From Moniliella sp. 'wahieum' (lineage: Eukaryota), in NCBI GenBank assembly GCA_003971905.1, contig RSEE01000035.1:496001-560000 (forward strand): DNA of 64,000 bases. The letters are read 5' to 3'. Every line of letters begins with the position of its first letter. The stretch's first letter is position 1. Shown in pieces: positions 37,001 through 49,537 of the stretch. A model generated the notes under the pieces. The model ran no database searches. It worked only from the letters and a program-made list of their open reading frames with translations, and was not told the DNA's origin. Made by a program: the position numbers and the translations under genes.

Positions 37001-38260
37001 CCGGATCCCCTGGCTGTATCGGCAGCCAACTCGCTGCATCTGCTTGCGGTATCATCACCCGTGCCCGCACGGGAGGCGCTCATTCAAGGCGCGATCGACG
37101 CTCTACCCAGTGTTTTACTAGACTTGGGAGCAACGAAAGAGGCCATCGCATTTACTTTCCCGCATACTGTGGGTGGGACAAACGCATATCCCACACCCTC
37201 TTCTGTCCAGGACAAAGGGACCGTGCTTACTCGCCCTGAGCGTGCCATCCGCTTGGCCCGGGTGTTCGACATGGTGCAATGTGCGGCGCGATTGTGCCAC
37301 CCGACCCCCGACAGGGTTGACTTGGCTGTGCTGTGTACGTCTGGGTATGGACCCATTCGAGGCGCCAATAGCCCGCTGCCGCGCTCTCTGCCAAGAGTTG
37401 GTCGACGGGCTACGGCCAATGGCGATACCAGGACAGGGATGAGCGCTGAGCAAGTTGACCTACTGCTTCGCCGTACTTTGCACTTCCTTTCCCTTTCCCC
37501 CTCACCGAGGTCTACTTTGCTGCTGTGCACTTGCTCCCAATCAGCTCGGATCATGGCCGATCGATGACACGACGAGTGGCTGCGCGCTGCCTTTTGTCCG
37601 ATACGGACGACGCTTCTTGCGCATCCACCTGGGGTGCCAATACCGATCCCGACGCCAATACCGATACCGATACCGATGCCGACGCTGTCACCGTGACGCG
37701 CTTGGCGATCCTGTCAGAACAAGCGGCCCACAACCCACTCGCATCTGGCAACCCTTACGCCTCCCAAGCGTCGGCCAACGAGCAGCCCGACTGGGCGCAG
37801 ATTCGCGCGCCGCCGCGCACCTCACCTCCTTTGTCGTGGGCGATGTAGCGGCCTTGCGCCCTGGTCCCAGCCGAGGCCCTGCACGCGCTGGCCTGCCCAA
37901 GTCTTCCGGTGCGCCGAGCATCTTGACCGACCTTGCTCCGACCGACACAGGCACGCAGGGCACCCCACCCGTACCCGTACCCGTACCCGTACCCGTACCC
38001 GTACCGGTTCCTGGGCCGGTGTCGGCGCAGCAGGCCGCGCTCATCCGTCTCGAGGCCGCGCTCCGCTTACAGAGCGGAGGCATTACTGACAACAATGGGG
38101 CGGTGCTGGAAAAGTCGTTGGCGCGCGATGCGCTGCTTCGTACGTCGCTCCAGTTGCGGTACCTTTTGCGAGCGGTGGGCGCGACCCAGCGCGGCATCGT
38201 CTAGCCATTTGGACTTGTTGGTGCACCGTGCACTTCTACTTGGCCGGCTTGGTTCATAAA
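34084..38260 (+). CDS. Large hypothetical protein (long disordered S/P-rich N-terminus, helical C-terminal region); multiple frameshifts, end approximate
   Basis: Chain of plus-strand ORFs (34084-35619, 35828-36118, 36127-36420, 36432-37121, 36767-37567, 37455-38204) with protein-like composition. Likely intron near 36797-36876 (GTATGT..CTGAC..CAG). Confidence 0.55.
37967..38004. repeat. (CCCGTA)n hexamer microsatellite encoding a PV repeat
   Basis: About 6 perfect copies of CCCGTA. Confidence 0.85.
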
Positions 38261-38867
38261 GACGATGAGGAGCGCTGGCTGCTGCAGCAGTACTACTCTC
38301 TTACATCCTGCTCCCGTTTTCCTCTTCCCCCTGGCAATGGGAATTGGGTGTTCCCATGCACACATGTAGCGGTCTGGAATGGTTGTGTCGGTAAAAGACA
38401 GAGGGAGATGATGGATACTCTGTGGGTTATACAAACAAAGGAACCACCCTCCCCACCAAACGCACAGGTTTACATGGTCGCAGAAAGTAAGTGTGACAGG
38501 CCAATAAGGTTACTCGAGAAAGGGAAACTAAGTGCCTAGTATGGATGCAGATGATTCTGAATAGTCCGACATATAATACAGCAGCCAAGCGTGGCCCTTG
38601 AATCACACGTCCCTTGACGGGAAGAGAGGTGGGCCCAACCTGGTCAGTGAGGAGTAAGGAAGCAACTAAGAAGCAGTCGTCCATACACGGATTTGCCGCG
38701 AGTGCTTGGGTGCTCGAGTCGTCTATTTGCTGTGGGCATAACGTACAACATATGCAATCATGGCATTGGGGCAAAGATGATCGATGAGGGTGGATATCAA
38801 CAGATGCAGTGAGATGGATGTCGGAGGTGGGAAGAGGAAAGCAGGGAGCGTACTGCCGAGCTCAGCG

Positions 38868-41194
38868 TTAACTGCTGAAAGGGATCAGGCGCCGCAGCAG
38901 CTCCGATCCAGCTAGGTTGCGCTCGATCTGAGCGGCTCCCTTGACCTTGTTGCCATTCTCGTCGGTCGAACCCGACATGACCGACTTGTTCTCAATCGAG
39001 CGGCGCACGAGGTACGGCATCACCAGGTTGAGCGGGCCATAGGGGATGTACTTGAGCACCATATGGGGTCCAGCACCTCCCGAGTAAGGGTCAAATGCAA
39101 GCTGCAGACGACGGGTCAGGCCATCTGCCATGCCGAGAAGTTGGCCAAACACAATCCGACCGCGGATGTGCGGCTCGAGTTGAAGCATGACCAGCTCCGG
39201 TTTGTCCGTGGTGGTAGCCACCGCTTGAGGGTCTGGCTGTTCGTAGTGGTCTTCCACTTCCTTGAGCCGCTGCGTGTTGGGAGGCGAGGCGAGACCCAAG
39301 TCTACCATGCGGCGGGCCACCTTCATGCTGCTCTGCCAGTTGTGCGTAGCAAAGATGACGCTGATCCGGGGCCAGTGGTCGTCATTGACAGCAATGTCCG
39401 ACGCAATCTCATCAATCAACCGCACTGCACACCCGTCAAAGCAGCGGTCCGTCAACGTCTTGTTACGCCACACAGGCGAACGCCATTCCGATTCGTCCTC
39501 CCCATTCTTCGTCTCGGCCCGTACCAGTGCCTCCGCCTCGGTCGAAGCCGGAGGAGTCAGGACGTCTTCTTGGCCCATTGCTTGTTCTCCGACTCAACAT
39601 AAGCCCCGCGCACCAGCTTGACGCCAACAGTATATCCCTGCGCACGCGCACGTTCAATTGACGCGGCAAGGTACGAGGGGGTACGACGAAGGTAGGCCTG
39701 GTAAGTGTTAAATATCAGAGGCCCCGGCACGTCCTCGCCATTCTCTGGCAACGACGTCTGAGCGTTACTGGTCTTACTCCCCCAAGGCAGAACGCGCCTG
39801 TACCATGCGTCGCGTGCGTTCCCGCCGCGCTGGGCAGCGGCAGGGATCCGATTGAATTCGTTGGCCAGCGCTTCGTACATGGCATCAATCGCCGGTTGGA
39901 ACCAACTGTACTCTGCGTCCACCACTAGCCGTACATTGCCCACGTCACGAGCTTTGATGGCCAGCTGGCGGAGACTCTGGTACAGCTCCTTGAGCGATTC
40001 CTGGTCAGCCTTGGGAAGCCCCGCAATCGGGATGGCCAAGCCGGCCGCCGCACCAAACGCGCCATTCACAGTGAAAGGAGGGGCCGGGGAGGGCGGGGAA
40101 GAAAAGTGTTCACGCGGAACGATCACACTGCTCGCTCGCTCCAGCACAGTGGGGTCTTTGAGCGCCCCCGAGAGTTTAATGGCAATCATGGTGGATCCGT
40201 TGCGCAAGGGACGCTCTTTGAGCTCCAGGGCTTCTTCCGACGAGAGCGCGCCTTGCGTGTCCGGAATGTGGGCAAACCGACCTGCCACTTCAACCGACTC
40301 CATCAGATCGTCAATGATCGAGTCATAGATGAAGCGGTAGTTGGGCGGGGCGGGGTTAGCTGCTTCGGCCATCGCAGCCTCAGCTTCCTTGCCGCCACGG
40401 CGCATGCGGATACGGCGCTTGGCCTCGCGCGTCTCGGCATCCAGGTCGGTCGTCGAGCCATCACTGGAATGGATCATCTCCACACTAAAGTTGAGCAAGG
40501 CACCCAAATTGTCACGCGACAAGTTCTGCATCAAGGGAATGCAATCCTCGGCACATTCAGCCCCGACAAACTGATGAGATTACACCAGGTTAGCTCAATG
40601 TTAGCGGAACAGTAAGGGGAAGACGGGAAGGACATACCTGCTTGAAGAATGTCTTCTCGATCAGCCACGTGGTGGCCATGCTCACACCGGGGATCGATGT
40701 AGTCAGCCCCCAATCAAGCAACCCCGGGGCAACATCAATCAGCTGGGGAATGCAGCACATGGAGTAGACGGCAAAGCGAGAGATCAGGTCGCTGGTGGCC
40801 ATGTGACGGAAAGGGGGGTCAACATAGGTAAGAGCTTCGCCATTGACAGGAATGAGATGGGCCTCTTCAAATGGCACCCTAGAAGCGCCCAGACCCGAGA
40901 GCGCTTTGCGGTTCTTGATCACCGCCTCGTGGGCTGTTTCGGGGGAAGTATTGTTTTCAGTCTCAAGATCCAGTAGCTCGAGCTTAGGTTGTTGAGCCGA
41001 TTCGGCAAACAGAACACGGCCCGACTGGACCGTCGCCAACAGCACCGTGAGCGTGGCAGCGGCAGTGCCCCAGCGAACGTAGTCCCGTCGCACGGGCGGG
41101 GGGCGATGAGCAGAAGAGGAGGCGTGCCGGAGCATCAGATGCGCACGGCGGGGCGCGAAAGCGCGGCGCGTGACAGCACTCAGGGGGGGAGCAT
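38868..41194 (-). CDS. PUT1: Mitochondrial proline dehydrogenase (proline oxidase); frameshifts
   Basis: IEKTFFKQ-FVGAEC, IAIKLSGAL, RLVVDAEYSWFQPAID, IFNTYQAYLR, GVKLVRGAYV, VIFATHN, FGQLLGMAD, KYIPYGPLNLVMPYLVRRSIEN. Intron 40571-40637. The ATG at 41194 gives an R-rich presequence if one C is restored in a C7 run. Confidence 0.95.
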
Positions 41195-42314
41195 GCTCGT
41201 AGGCGGTCTGAGTGGGGATGAGGCAAGGAGGTAGGAGGTAGGAGGGCGGCGCAGAAGGAACCTTACATCTTATACCCGGCCCGCACCCGCATCGAACCGA
41301 GATAACTAGTTACTTTTGGTATTGTATCCGCCCCGGTGTGCGCTATATAACCGCCGCCGATATTTAGCCGTCCCCCGCCGCACCTGGCCACTGTCCAAAA
41401 TCAGCCGCTGTCTGACCAGTGCCATGCTGCCGCATGGGACACTGCCGCCCTGCCTGGGTGATGGCAGTGTGACAGGCGACACCCCATGGAAATTACCTCA
41501 TCGATCATCTCGATCATCGGAGCCAGCCAGAGTGCCCAGCCCTTGAACTACCCAACGGAGCAAGTGTTCTACTACTGGCTTGAAGCTTGACGTCCGCCCC
41601 ATTCCCTGGCGCCAGTGCCGGTCGGGGCTGAGGCGCTGGGGCTCCTCCGCCTGGGCTGGCCGTGGGAGCGTGTGGCGTTGGGTGTGTGGTCCTGGGCCGT
41701 CCTGGACCTGTGGGGTGCAGCAGTGGTGCAGCTGACCAGCACTCCATTATGCACGCTTTGGTAACAAACTCAAATGTCAAGATTTGCCCCAGCCCCCCAT
41801 TGCGGCAAATTTTGCCTCGCCTTCCCACAACCCCGACGGATCTCACTTCTCACTCTTTATCTCATCTCCATCCATGCTCGGATCTCTCATTTCCGAGCTT
41901 GCCTCTTTGCCACGGAGTCTCTGCCAATTGACTACTTGCCTTTCCTCCGACCGATCTTCTTGGTTAATTCAGACATGGCCTTGGCAGAACTAACGAGGGA
42001 GGGCATAGGAACTCGCCTACGCCAGCCGCTCCGCTCTATCCGGCGTTTGCTGATACCAGCCCACCCTCGTAATCCAGGGGTCATGTGATCGATGATCCAT
42101 GGCATTTGAAATTTGACATGTGAAGCCGCAGTGCCCAGTACTAGAGTGCAGTGGAAATTCCGCTCATGTTCCGCACCCGGTGCCACCCTTTTGAAATTAC
42201 GTCATGGTTGCATCCACCGATTTGGCGACGAACTGCGATTTTTTCTTCGCCCCGCTTGCCCTCCCCACCCACCCGATCCAGACACTCTCCACCAACAGCC
42301 CACCTTTGCCCTCC

Positions 42315-43472
42315 ATGAGTACGACAGTGCAGAAGATCGCTGAGATCGAGTCCGAGATTGCTCGAACCCAGAAGAACAAGGCTACTTCCTACCACCTTGG
42401 CCAGCTCCGCGCCAAGCTCGCCAAGCTAAAGCGCGAGCTCATCACTCCCTCTGGCGGCGGTGGCGGCGGCGGTGCTGGTTTCGATGTGGCTCGCACAGGT
42501 ATTGCCTCTGTCGGATTTGTCGGATTTCCTTCAGTAGGGAAGTCAACACTAATGTCCGGCTTAACCGGCACGACATCTGAGGCGGCTTCGTACGAGTTCA
42601 CTACTTGTAAGTCTTCCCCCTATCCACTTTTTGATCTCGTCAGTATGCTGACGGCATTCCAGTGACGACGGTCCCTGGTACGATGTTGGTGCATGGCGCG
42701 CGGGTTCAAATTCTTGACCTGCCTGGTATCATTGAGGGCGCTAAGGATGGAAAAGGTCGTGGTAAGCAGGTCATTGCTGTCGCACGGACCTGCAACTTGA
42801 TCTTCATTGTGCTGGACGTGCTCAAGCCCATTTCCCACAAGGCCATCATCGAGCGTGAATTGGAAGGCTTTGGTATCCGGCTCAACAAAAGCCTCCTCTC
42901 ATCACTGTCAAGAAAAAGGAAAAGGTGGAATCAACATTACCCACACGGTGCCGCTCACGAAGATTGACCCGGACGAGGTGCGCGCGGTCCTGTCCGAGTA
43001 CCGCATTTCCAACGCCGAGGTGGCGTTCAAGGAAGACGCCACGCTGGAAGACTTGATTGACGTGGTGGAGGGTAACCGGATGTATGTGCCGGTCATCTAT
43101 GTGCTCAACAAGATTGACGGCATTTCGATTGAGGAGCTGGACCTGCTGTACAAGATTCCGTACGCCTGCCCCATCTCGAGCCGCCTTTGGCTCAATGTGG
43201 ACGAGTTGATTGAACAGATGTGGGATCGGCTGAACCTGGTGCGAGTCTACACGCGGCCCAAGGGCCTTGCGCCCGACTACACCGCGCCCGTCGTGCTCCG
43301 TACTGGCCGGTCGAGTGTCGAAGACTTTTGCAATGCTGTGCACAAGGACATCATCAAGGAGTTCAAATACGCCATGGTCTGGGGCAAGTCGGCCAAGCAC
43401 CCCAAGGGGCAGCGTGTGGGCGCGGACCACATTCTCCAGGACGAGGACATTGTCTGCATCTTCAAAAAGTAA
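42315..43472 (+). CDS. RBG1: Developmentally regulated GTP-binding protein DRG1/Rbg1 (OBG family); indels near 42885-42925
   Basis: [90 protein letters not shown], and the TGS domain [12 protein letters not shown]. Intron 42607-42662. Confidence 0.97.
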
Positions 43473-43871
43473 ACTCAGCCCGCCCGGCGGCGCGACGATC
43501 TGGGGAGAGAGAGGGAGGGGTAACTGCTCAAGTGCTGACTCTGTACCCGCCCTTTGCCTGTGATTCCCTTATGCATGGTGGTGGATGCGACGAGAGGGTG
43601 TTAGTGGAGGCAGACAGATGGACTACAGCGAGTTGCGAAGGGTGGATGGCCATAGAGTGAGCGGGACCGAGAGTGAGCCCGGCGGCGCCTGGTTGCACCG
43701 AGGGAAGTCAGTTCTGGAGAGAATTGGGTCTGTGGTGGGGTTTAACCCAGCGCTTGGATGTGAACATTTCAGCCCCCACTCTGCAGAAACGCGTCTCGGG
43801 GCGCCTTCGCCTGCCTGCCCGCCACGAAGTCATTATCCAGCGCGCTCGCCCTCGCGCTGCTCCTGGCCAGC

Positions 43872-45864
43872 ATGCCGACGGCCACCGTCCTCGACTCGGA
43901 TGACGACGACATCGTCGCCATCGATGTCGTGCCTCGCCGCTCGCCCCCGGCTCCCCCGCGTGTGCCGCACCCCACCTCCCCCGCTTCCAATACCTCTGCT
44001 CCGCCCGGCCAAGGAGGGCCGTCCGGCCTGCTGTGCGTCCCGCACCCGCCAGCACCTCTCCTCCGACTCGTCGGATTCCTCTGATGATGCCCATCTGGAC
44101 GGCATCCTCGCCCGCCTCGCACCCGCCCTGGCACCCGGCAGTCGCCCCCCCTGCCCGCCCCAATCAGACACGAGCCTCGTCCCACCCGCAAGCGCTGCAG
44201 GGGCCGCACAGCTTGTCCCACGTACAGGCATGCAACGCGCGCACACGGCTACTACTACTCGTGCCCGACCATTAGGCAAGCGCCCTGCGCCTAGGCAACC
44301 CTCTGCCGGCCTGTTCTCCAGTGACTCGAGCAACAGTGGCTTTTCAGCCGACGAGGGCCCTGCTGCTGCCCGTGCCATGCTGACCGAGTTGGAAGCATCG
44401 CAATCTCAAGCATCTACGTCCACAGCGACCAAGCGCCCCCGCACTGACCCAAGCGAGAAGGAGAGGATGGCACAAGCTAAGAAGGCATGTCCCGCTTTCC
44501 TTCTTCTCATCTACTGGCGACTGACTCGACTTCTCATCTGCAGATGGAACGGGAACAGCTCAAGGCCCAGCAGCAGCGAAAGAAAGCAGAAAAGGCCACT
44601 CAGGCTGAGCGTGACAAGGCCTGGCAGCAGGCCAACAAGCTTCGTACCGACAAGGCTGGAAGTATGCCTGAATTGCGCATCGAGATGGACTACACTCTTT
44701 GTTCGTCTACGGGGCCACTGCCTCGTGCGCACGAGCTCAAGCAAAACCTTGAAGAAGACGGAGCCGAGGTGGTGATCGCTTCGGAGACTGATGTGGCGCG
44801 CCGGGTCCGTACGCTCGCGTTGGCCGTCGATGAGGAGTTGCAAGCCTTGTTGGCTGGCTTGTCGACGATTCGGGTGATCCGAAAGAGTTGTGCGACGCTG
44901 GATCCGGTGAGGAGGACGTTTGTCCCGCTTGCGCCGGGGCAAGTGGTACTTGAGGAAGAGAAGACGATTTTTGTCCTTCTAACCCACATTCGCTTACTCG
45001 AATTGGTGGAACAAAAGGCGTTGCTTCGGACCATGCGGTCGTTTCGTGAGTGCATGGGGTACGAGACACACCAAATTGTGATGCTTACCTATGGCCTCGA
45101 CAACTTCTTTCGCCTGCGGAACCAAGCTGTTAATCGAGAGTATACGGAGCATATCCGTAATGATGTGGGACAGGGCGCTGGGGCTGTACCCACCACAAGG
45201 CCCACCGAAGGAGAGGTCAGCAAGTGGCCGATATCAGTGTAACACGGGAGCAGTTGGACATGGAGCTGTCCGGCTGCGTATCGCCGAACGGTGCTACCTG
45301 ACCAAGGTGGAAAAAGAGCACGATGTGGTGCCTTGGGTCATGAGTATGATTTCGGGACATCGCGATTCGACCGTACAAGTACGTGATCCTGTAATCGTCT
45401 GAATTGGCTTGCTAAAATTTCTTCAAAGGCTACTAGCTCGTTCGCACCTGCCGATGGCGGTTGTATCGAGTAAATTCCCCTCGGGGAGCAACGCAAGGGA
45501 AACATTCGAACTGATGCTTCAGCAAGTCGTACGTCCTCTCGTCTGTCTAATCCGGTTCCATTGACTGACCCTATCTTGGCAGCCGCGAGTTACCAAACAA
45601 TTTGCTCAGGAGATCGTTTCCCACTTTGGCACACTACGAGCGTTTCTGGACCGATGCGCTCAGGTCTTGGATGACTCGGGCGGGCAGATCAACAGTTATG
45701 GCCTGCCGACTGCGAGTGATGCACTGGTGCAAGAGATTGCCCAAATCAAGGTGGAACGTAACTCTCAGGCCCAGTTGGCAAGCCACCGCAACAAGAGCGC
45801 GTTGGCTCGTCGGATTGTCTTTGTGTTCCTTTCCCTCGACGCTCTGGCACTTATCAATGCGTAG
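43872..45864 (+). CDS. EME1: Crossover junction endonuclease non-catalytic subunit Eme1/Mms4; frameshifts
   Basis: ANKLRTDK..ELRIEMD, IVMLTYGLDNFFR, ELVRLRI..DIAIRPYK, TFELMLQQV-PRVTKQFAQEIV (HhH-like), SALARRIVFVF. Introns 44485-44543 (GC-AG), 45379-45428 and 45529-45582. Confidence 0.8.
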
Positions 45865-48171
45865 GCCCTTGTCGCTCTACTGTCGATCTTGTGCCTCTAC
45901 AACTCTGTGTTCTGCATCCCCTTCGCTATTGTTTCCTGCGGCTTGCATCCTGTTATAGTCTCTCTCCATTTCCAGCCATGATGGGAAACCACATGCCCTA
46001 GCACGGTCATCCTTTGGAGACTGAATTGCATGGTATCATCGTCCTCAGTGCCAAACATTGCCACTGTTCTTAAGCATTGCTATTAGGGTTTTGTCTAACT
46101 GATCGATCTCACCTAGAGGTGTCGGCCACCAACATGTGGAGAGTCATTTTTGTCGAAGCCAATTAACTTGAGCTGTATGAGCACACCTGCTGATGTACTA
46201 CTACGATTACCCAAGAGCGTAAAGTGAAAGTGAAGATCCATCGGCTCACGGTTGGCGAGAACATCCAACTGTTCACCAAGCGAAACGCGAAGGAAGAACC
46301 GACGGAAGAGTCGCGGGGATGAGAAGCCAATTGAGGTTGGGGAACCACGAGAGCCACAAGAACGCTGAGCTCAGCACCCGTTTAATGTGATTGTTATTTT
46401 TCCGTCAAAAGTTGCCAGCAGCACCTTGAGCTCCGACTCCATAACATTCATGCCGCCAACTTTTAGTCAGGGACGTAAAAAATAACTTGCCCACATCAGA
46501 TGCTGCTCAAGAATCCTCATCTCCCGCGTTGAATTGGCGTCATCTCTCCATCAGGAGATTAATGGCGCCACCAGCAGGTCAAGCCCCTCTGCCCCTCCCA
46601 TATACGGATCAGCATGGTGTGAATGTTGAGGTATCTCTTCTATCAGACTAGTTTTCTATAGTTCTTTCTGTGATTCAAACAATTTCTTCCACACTCTCGC
46701 CGATGACAGACTTTACCCTCGCGACCACATGACAGTCACAGTGGCTTTTAGGACCAATGTTGGTGCTGAATGTGTCTCTGTGGTACTTGACCTTCGTTCA
46801 GTTCCCGTTAAATGAGCGACAGTGGTGCAGAAATCTCCCTTCGCCCTCTTGCGTCTTCTCCGTCGAGCCGTGGACCTAATATCGTCGCGTTTTTGCCATC
46901 GGAAATGAACGCCTCCTTCATCGTCCTCAACGAACCCCTCAAGTTCCTGTAGTCCATCTCCATCCCCCTGATTCATCGGAATTAACGCACCTGCCAGTCT
47001 TACCATTCCCTAACCCGTCGAAGGCTGCCAGTGGTCAACAGCCTGTGCGTGGCAGCTTCTCCCGAAGGCTGTGATCAAAACTGTACAGCTTCTCCTGTAA
47101 CTCATGCTTACCCTTACTCACCCCGTTCTCACCTCCGTGACCGTAGAAGCACCGGGGCTCAAGCGATGCTCTCACTGGTGTATTCATACTCACAGCAAAA
47201 CGAATAGCGTAGTGCATGCTGAAGGGAAGCTTGAAGCTTGAAGCTCCAAAATTCGGACTTCATGCTTTAAGCAATTTAAGCGCCAAGCCCTCTTCACCAG
47301 CTTCGCCCCCACACAGATTATCAACTTATGGGTGTACGAAGCGCGGGGAACGTGACATGGACCATTCTCCCGCGCTAACCCCTCCGCACTGCCCCACGAC
47401 TGTGATGAACTAAAGAGCGTTCAAAACGTCACCATGCTATGATCGACGTGATCATGTTTTTGGGTAGAGTCACCATGTAACCCAAAGCCCATACGGCGCT
47501 TAGCGTCTGGCGCTTAGTGATTGGCGTTTATTGGAGGTGGCGAGAGAGAGATAATCGAAAAGGAAGCGTCTGTAGTCCATGGCTCAAGAATATATTAGAC
47601 AGTGGTGCGCACCAGTACGAATTTTTTGTTCATGTCGATGCGGTTGACACTTCCAGCAGTGACGCAGTGCCCCGCTGTGGCTTCGTTGGTGCAATTTTGA
47701 GGTAGGCACGGGGGCAGCGCGGGGGCGGTAGGCTGGCTGTCCCGACCCCGCATGGGGGCAGCCGACTGTAGTCCTCATATCACTCAGTTCAGCGTTCAAG
47801 CTTCGAGGGAGGGTGTGCGCTCAGGCTGAGCCCAGGCGCCAATTGGCCAGTATACAATACGGGCGAGATAAGTGTCGATAACCAGTAACTCGCCACTGTA
47901 GTAATTAGCGAGGTTGCCTACACAGACCAGCGATGACGCTCTGTGCCCAAGCCCCGTATCAGCTACGAGTCAGCTATCTTTCGCTCAGCCCTCAGGCTGA
48001 GCTCACACTCCAGCACTCGAGCACTCTACCCAAGCATCGGTGCTTCAACCGCCGAAAAGAGAGGTCTAAGCGCCAGCGTATTCGTTTTGCGACCGCCCGT
48101 ATCGCATCGATATCCTCAAGAGTAGGTTGAGCAATGTACCATTGCCATGGTGTAGACTCCGGAAACACAGG

Positions 48172-48178
48172 TATATAA
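48172..48178 (+). promoter_or_regulatory. Candidate TATA box of the dioxygenase gene
   Basis: TATATAA ~145 bp upstream of ATG 48319, followed by a CT-rich leader. Confidence 0.5.
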
Positions 48179-48318
48179 GTAGCTTACATTGGCTTGCGCT
48201 TGCTGTCTCTCATCAACCTCACCTGCACACACGTCTTGACCAACTCTCTCCACTGCCTCCTATCACTTCCTCTTCCTCCCACCCATCATCCCCAGTGCCG
48301 CATTATTCTCTCAGGAAC

Positions 48319-49537
48319 ATGGAAGTCATCAACAACCTCAACCCAGCCGTCGGAAAGGCCAACCTAGCCCCCATCCACGGTGTGCCGATGGGGGAGGAGT
48401 TGTTCGACCCTGCTGTGCATCTCGCGTACGAAAAGCCGCTCGAAGACGGATGCATGTCCATGGCCGACTTGGCTTTGGGCAACCTCAATGCACCTTCCAC
48501 ACGCGGTTGCTCCAGCCCTTTCCCTCTGGCATCGTACGAAGGCGTCAAAGCAATGCGACAGGCAATTTTTCAGCCAAACGTCCTGGACCACCACATGATG
48601 CAGTCTGCGCTGGCCGGGCCTCATGCCCAATTGCGCGGCATGGCCCCGGAGGCATCCAAGTTTGTGTATGACTTTTGGATGCACCCCAAAACGCTGGCAG
48701 CCGTCTCGGAAGCAGCTGGTGAAGAGTTGGTCCCCGTCTTTGACTATGAGGTACGTCCCAACCTTTTCATACTTATGGAGGTCATCAGGGAACTAACCGT
48801 ATCTTTTTCTTTTCACAAAGTTGGGGCACACAAACATCCAAATCCCAGCCGGGTGGGACCGGCGCGAGTACATTAACACGCTCTCGGCGGACCCATTTGC
48901 CAAATCGCATGTCTCCGTCGCACCCAAGGATGGGAAGAAGACAAAGCCCGTCGTGGGTTATCACCGTGACGCCTACCCTTGGGTTTGCGTTCTTATGCTA
49001 TCTGACGTCGAAGGCATGGAGGGGGGAGAGACTGAGATCCGACGTGGCGATGGGGAGGCGATCAAAGCAATTGGACCGAGCCTGGGATCGTGTGTGATGA
49101 TGCAGGGTGGCTACATTACGCATGCCGCTCTTCCTTGCAACAATGCATTTGAACGCATCACCATGGTCACCTCCTTCCGTCCCAAGCGCGCGACGGAAGA
49201 CATTACGAGCTTGCACAACATTCGCAACTGCTCCAACACGCACGAGGTGTACGACCAGTACGTCGTGTCTCGACTTGATCTGGTGCAGCAAACCCTTGAT
49301 GGCTACAAGGCTATGCTCGCTCACCGTCGCCGGGCCATTGAGGATGCTTACGGCCGTCGCGGAGGCCTCAAGGCCCCAACGGTTGATTTCGATGAACTCC
49401 GCCAGCTTAAACAGGTGGTCGACGGTGTGTTTGCCAATGCCTTGAACCAGATGAAGCCATTTGGTTTAGACCCTGAAGGCGACGACAAGTGGACTCCGGC
49501 TCCACGCATGGTCCAAGAGACCTCATCCAAGCTGTGA
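48319..49537 (+). CDS. Fungal 2-oxoglutarate/Fe(II)-dependent dioxygenase-domain protein, substrate unknown
   Basis: FDPAVHL, SSPFPLAS.EGV, FDYE-LGHTNI, HxD motif GYHRDAYPWVCVLMLSD, MEGGET, MQGGYITHAAL, ERITMVTSFRP. Intron 48751-48820. Confidence 0.88.

Noticed and set aside
46400..47217. Fragmentary minus-strand ORFs as a pseudogene
   Set aside because: Multiple stops and no identifiable family.
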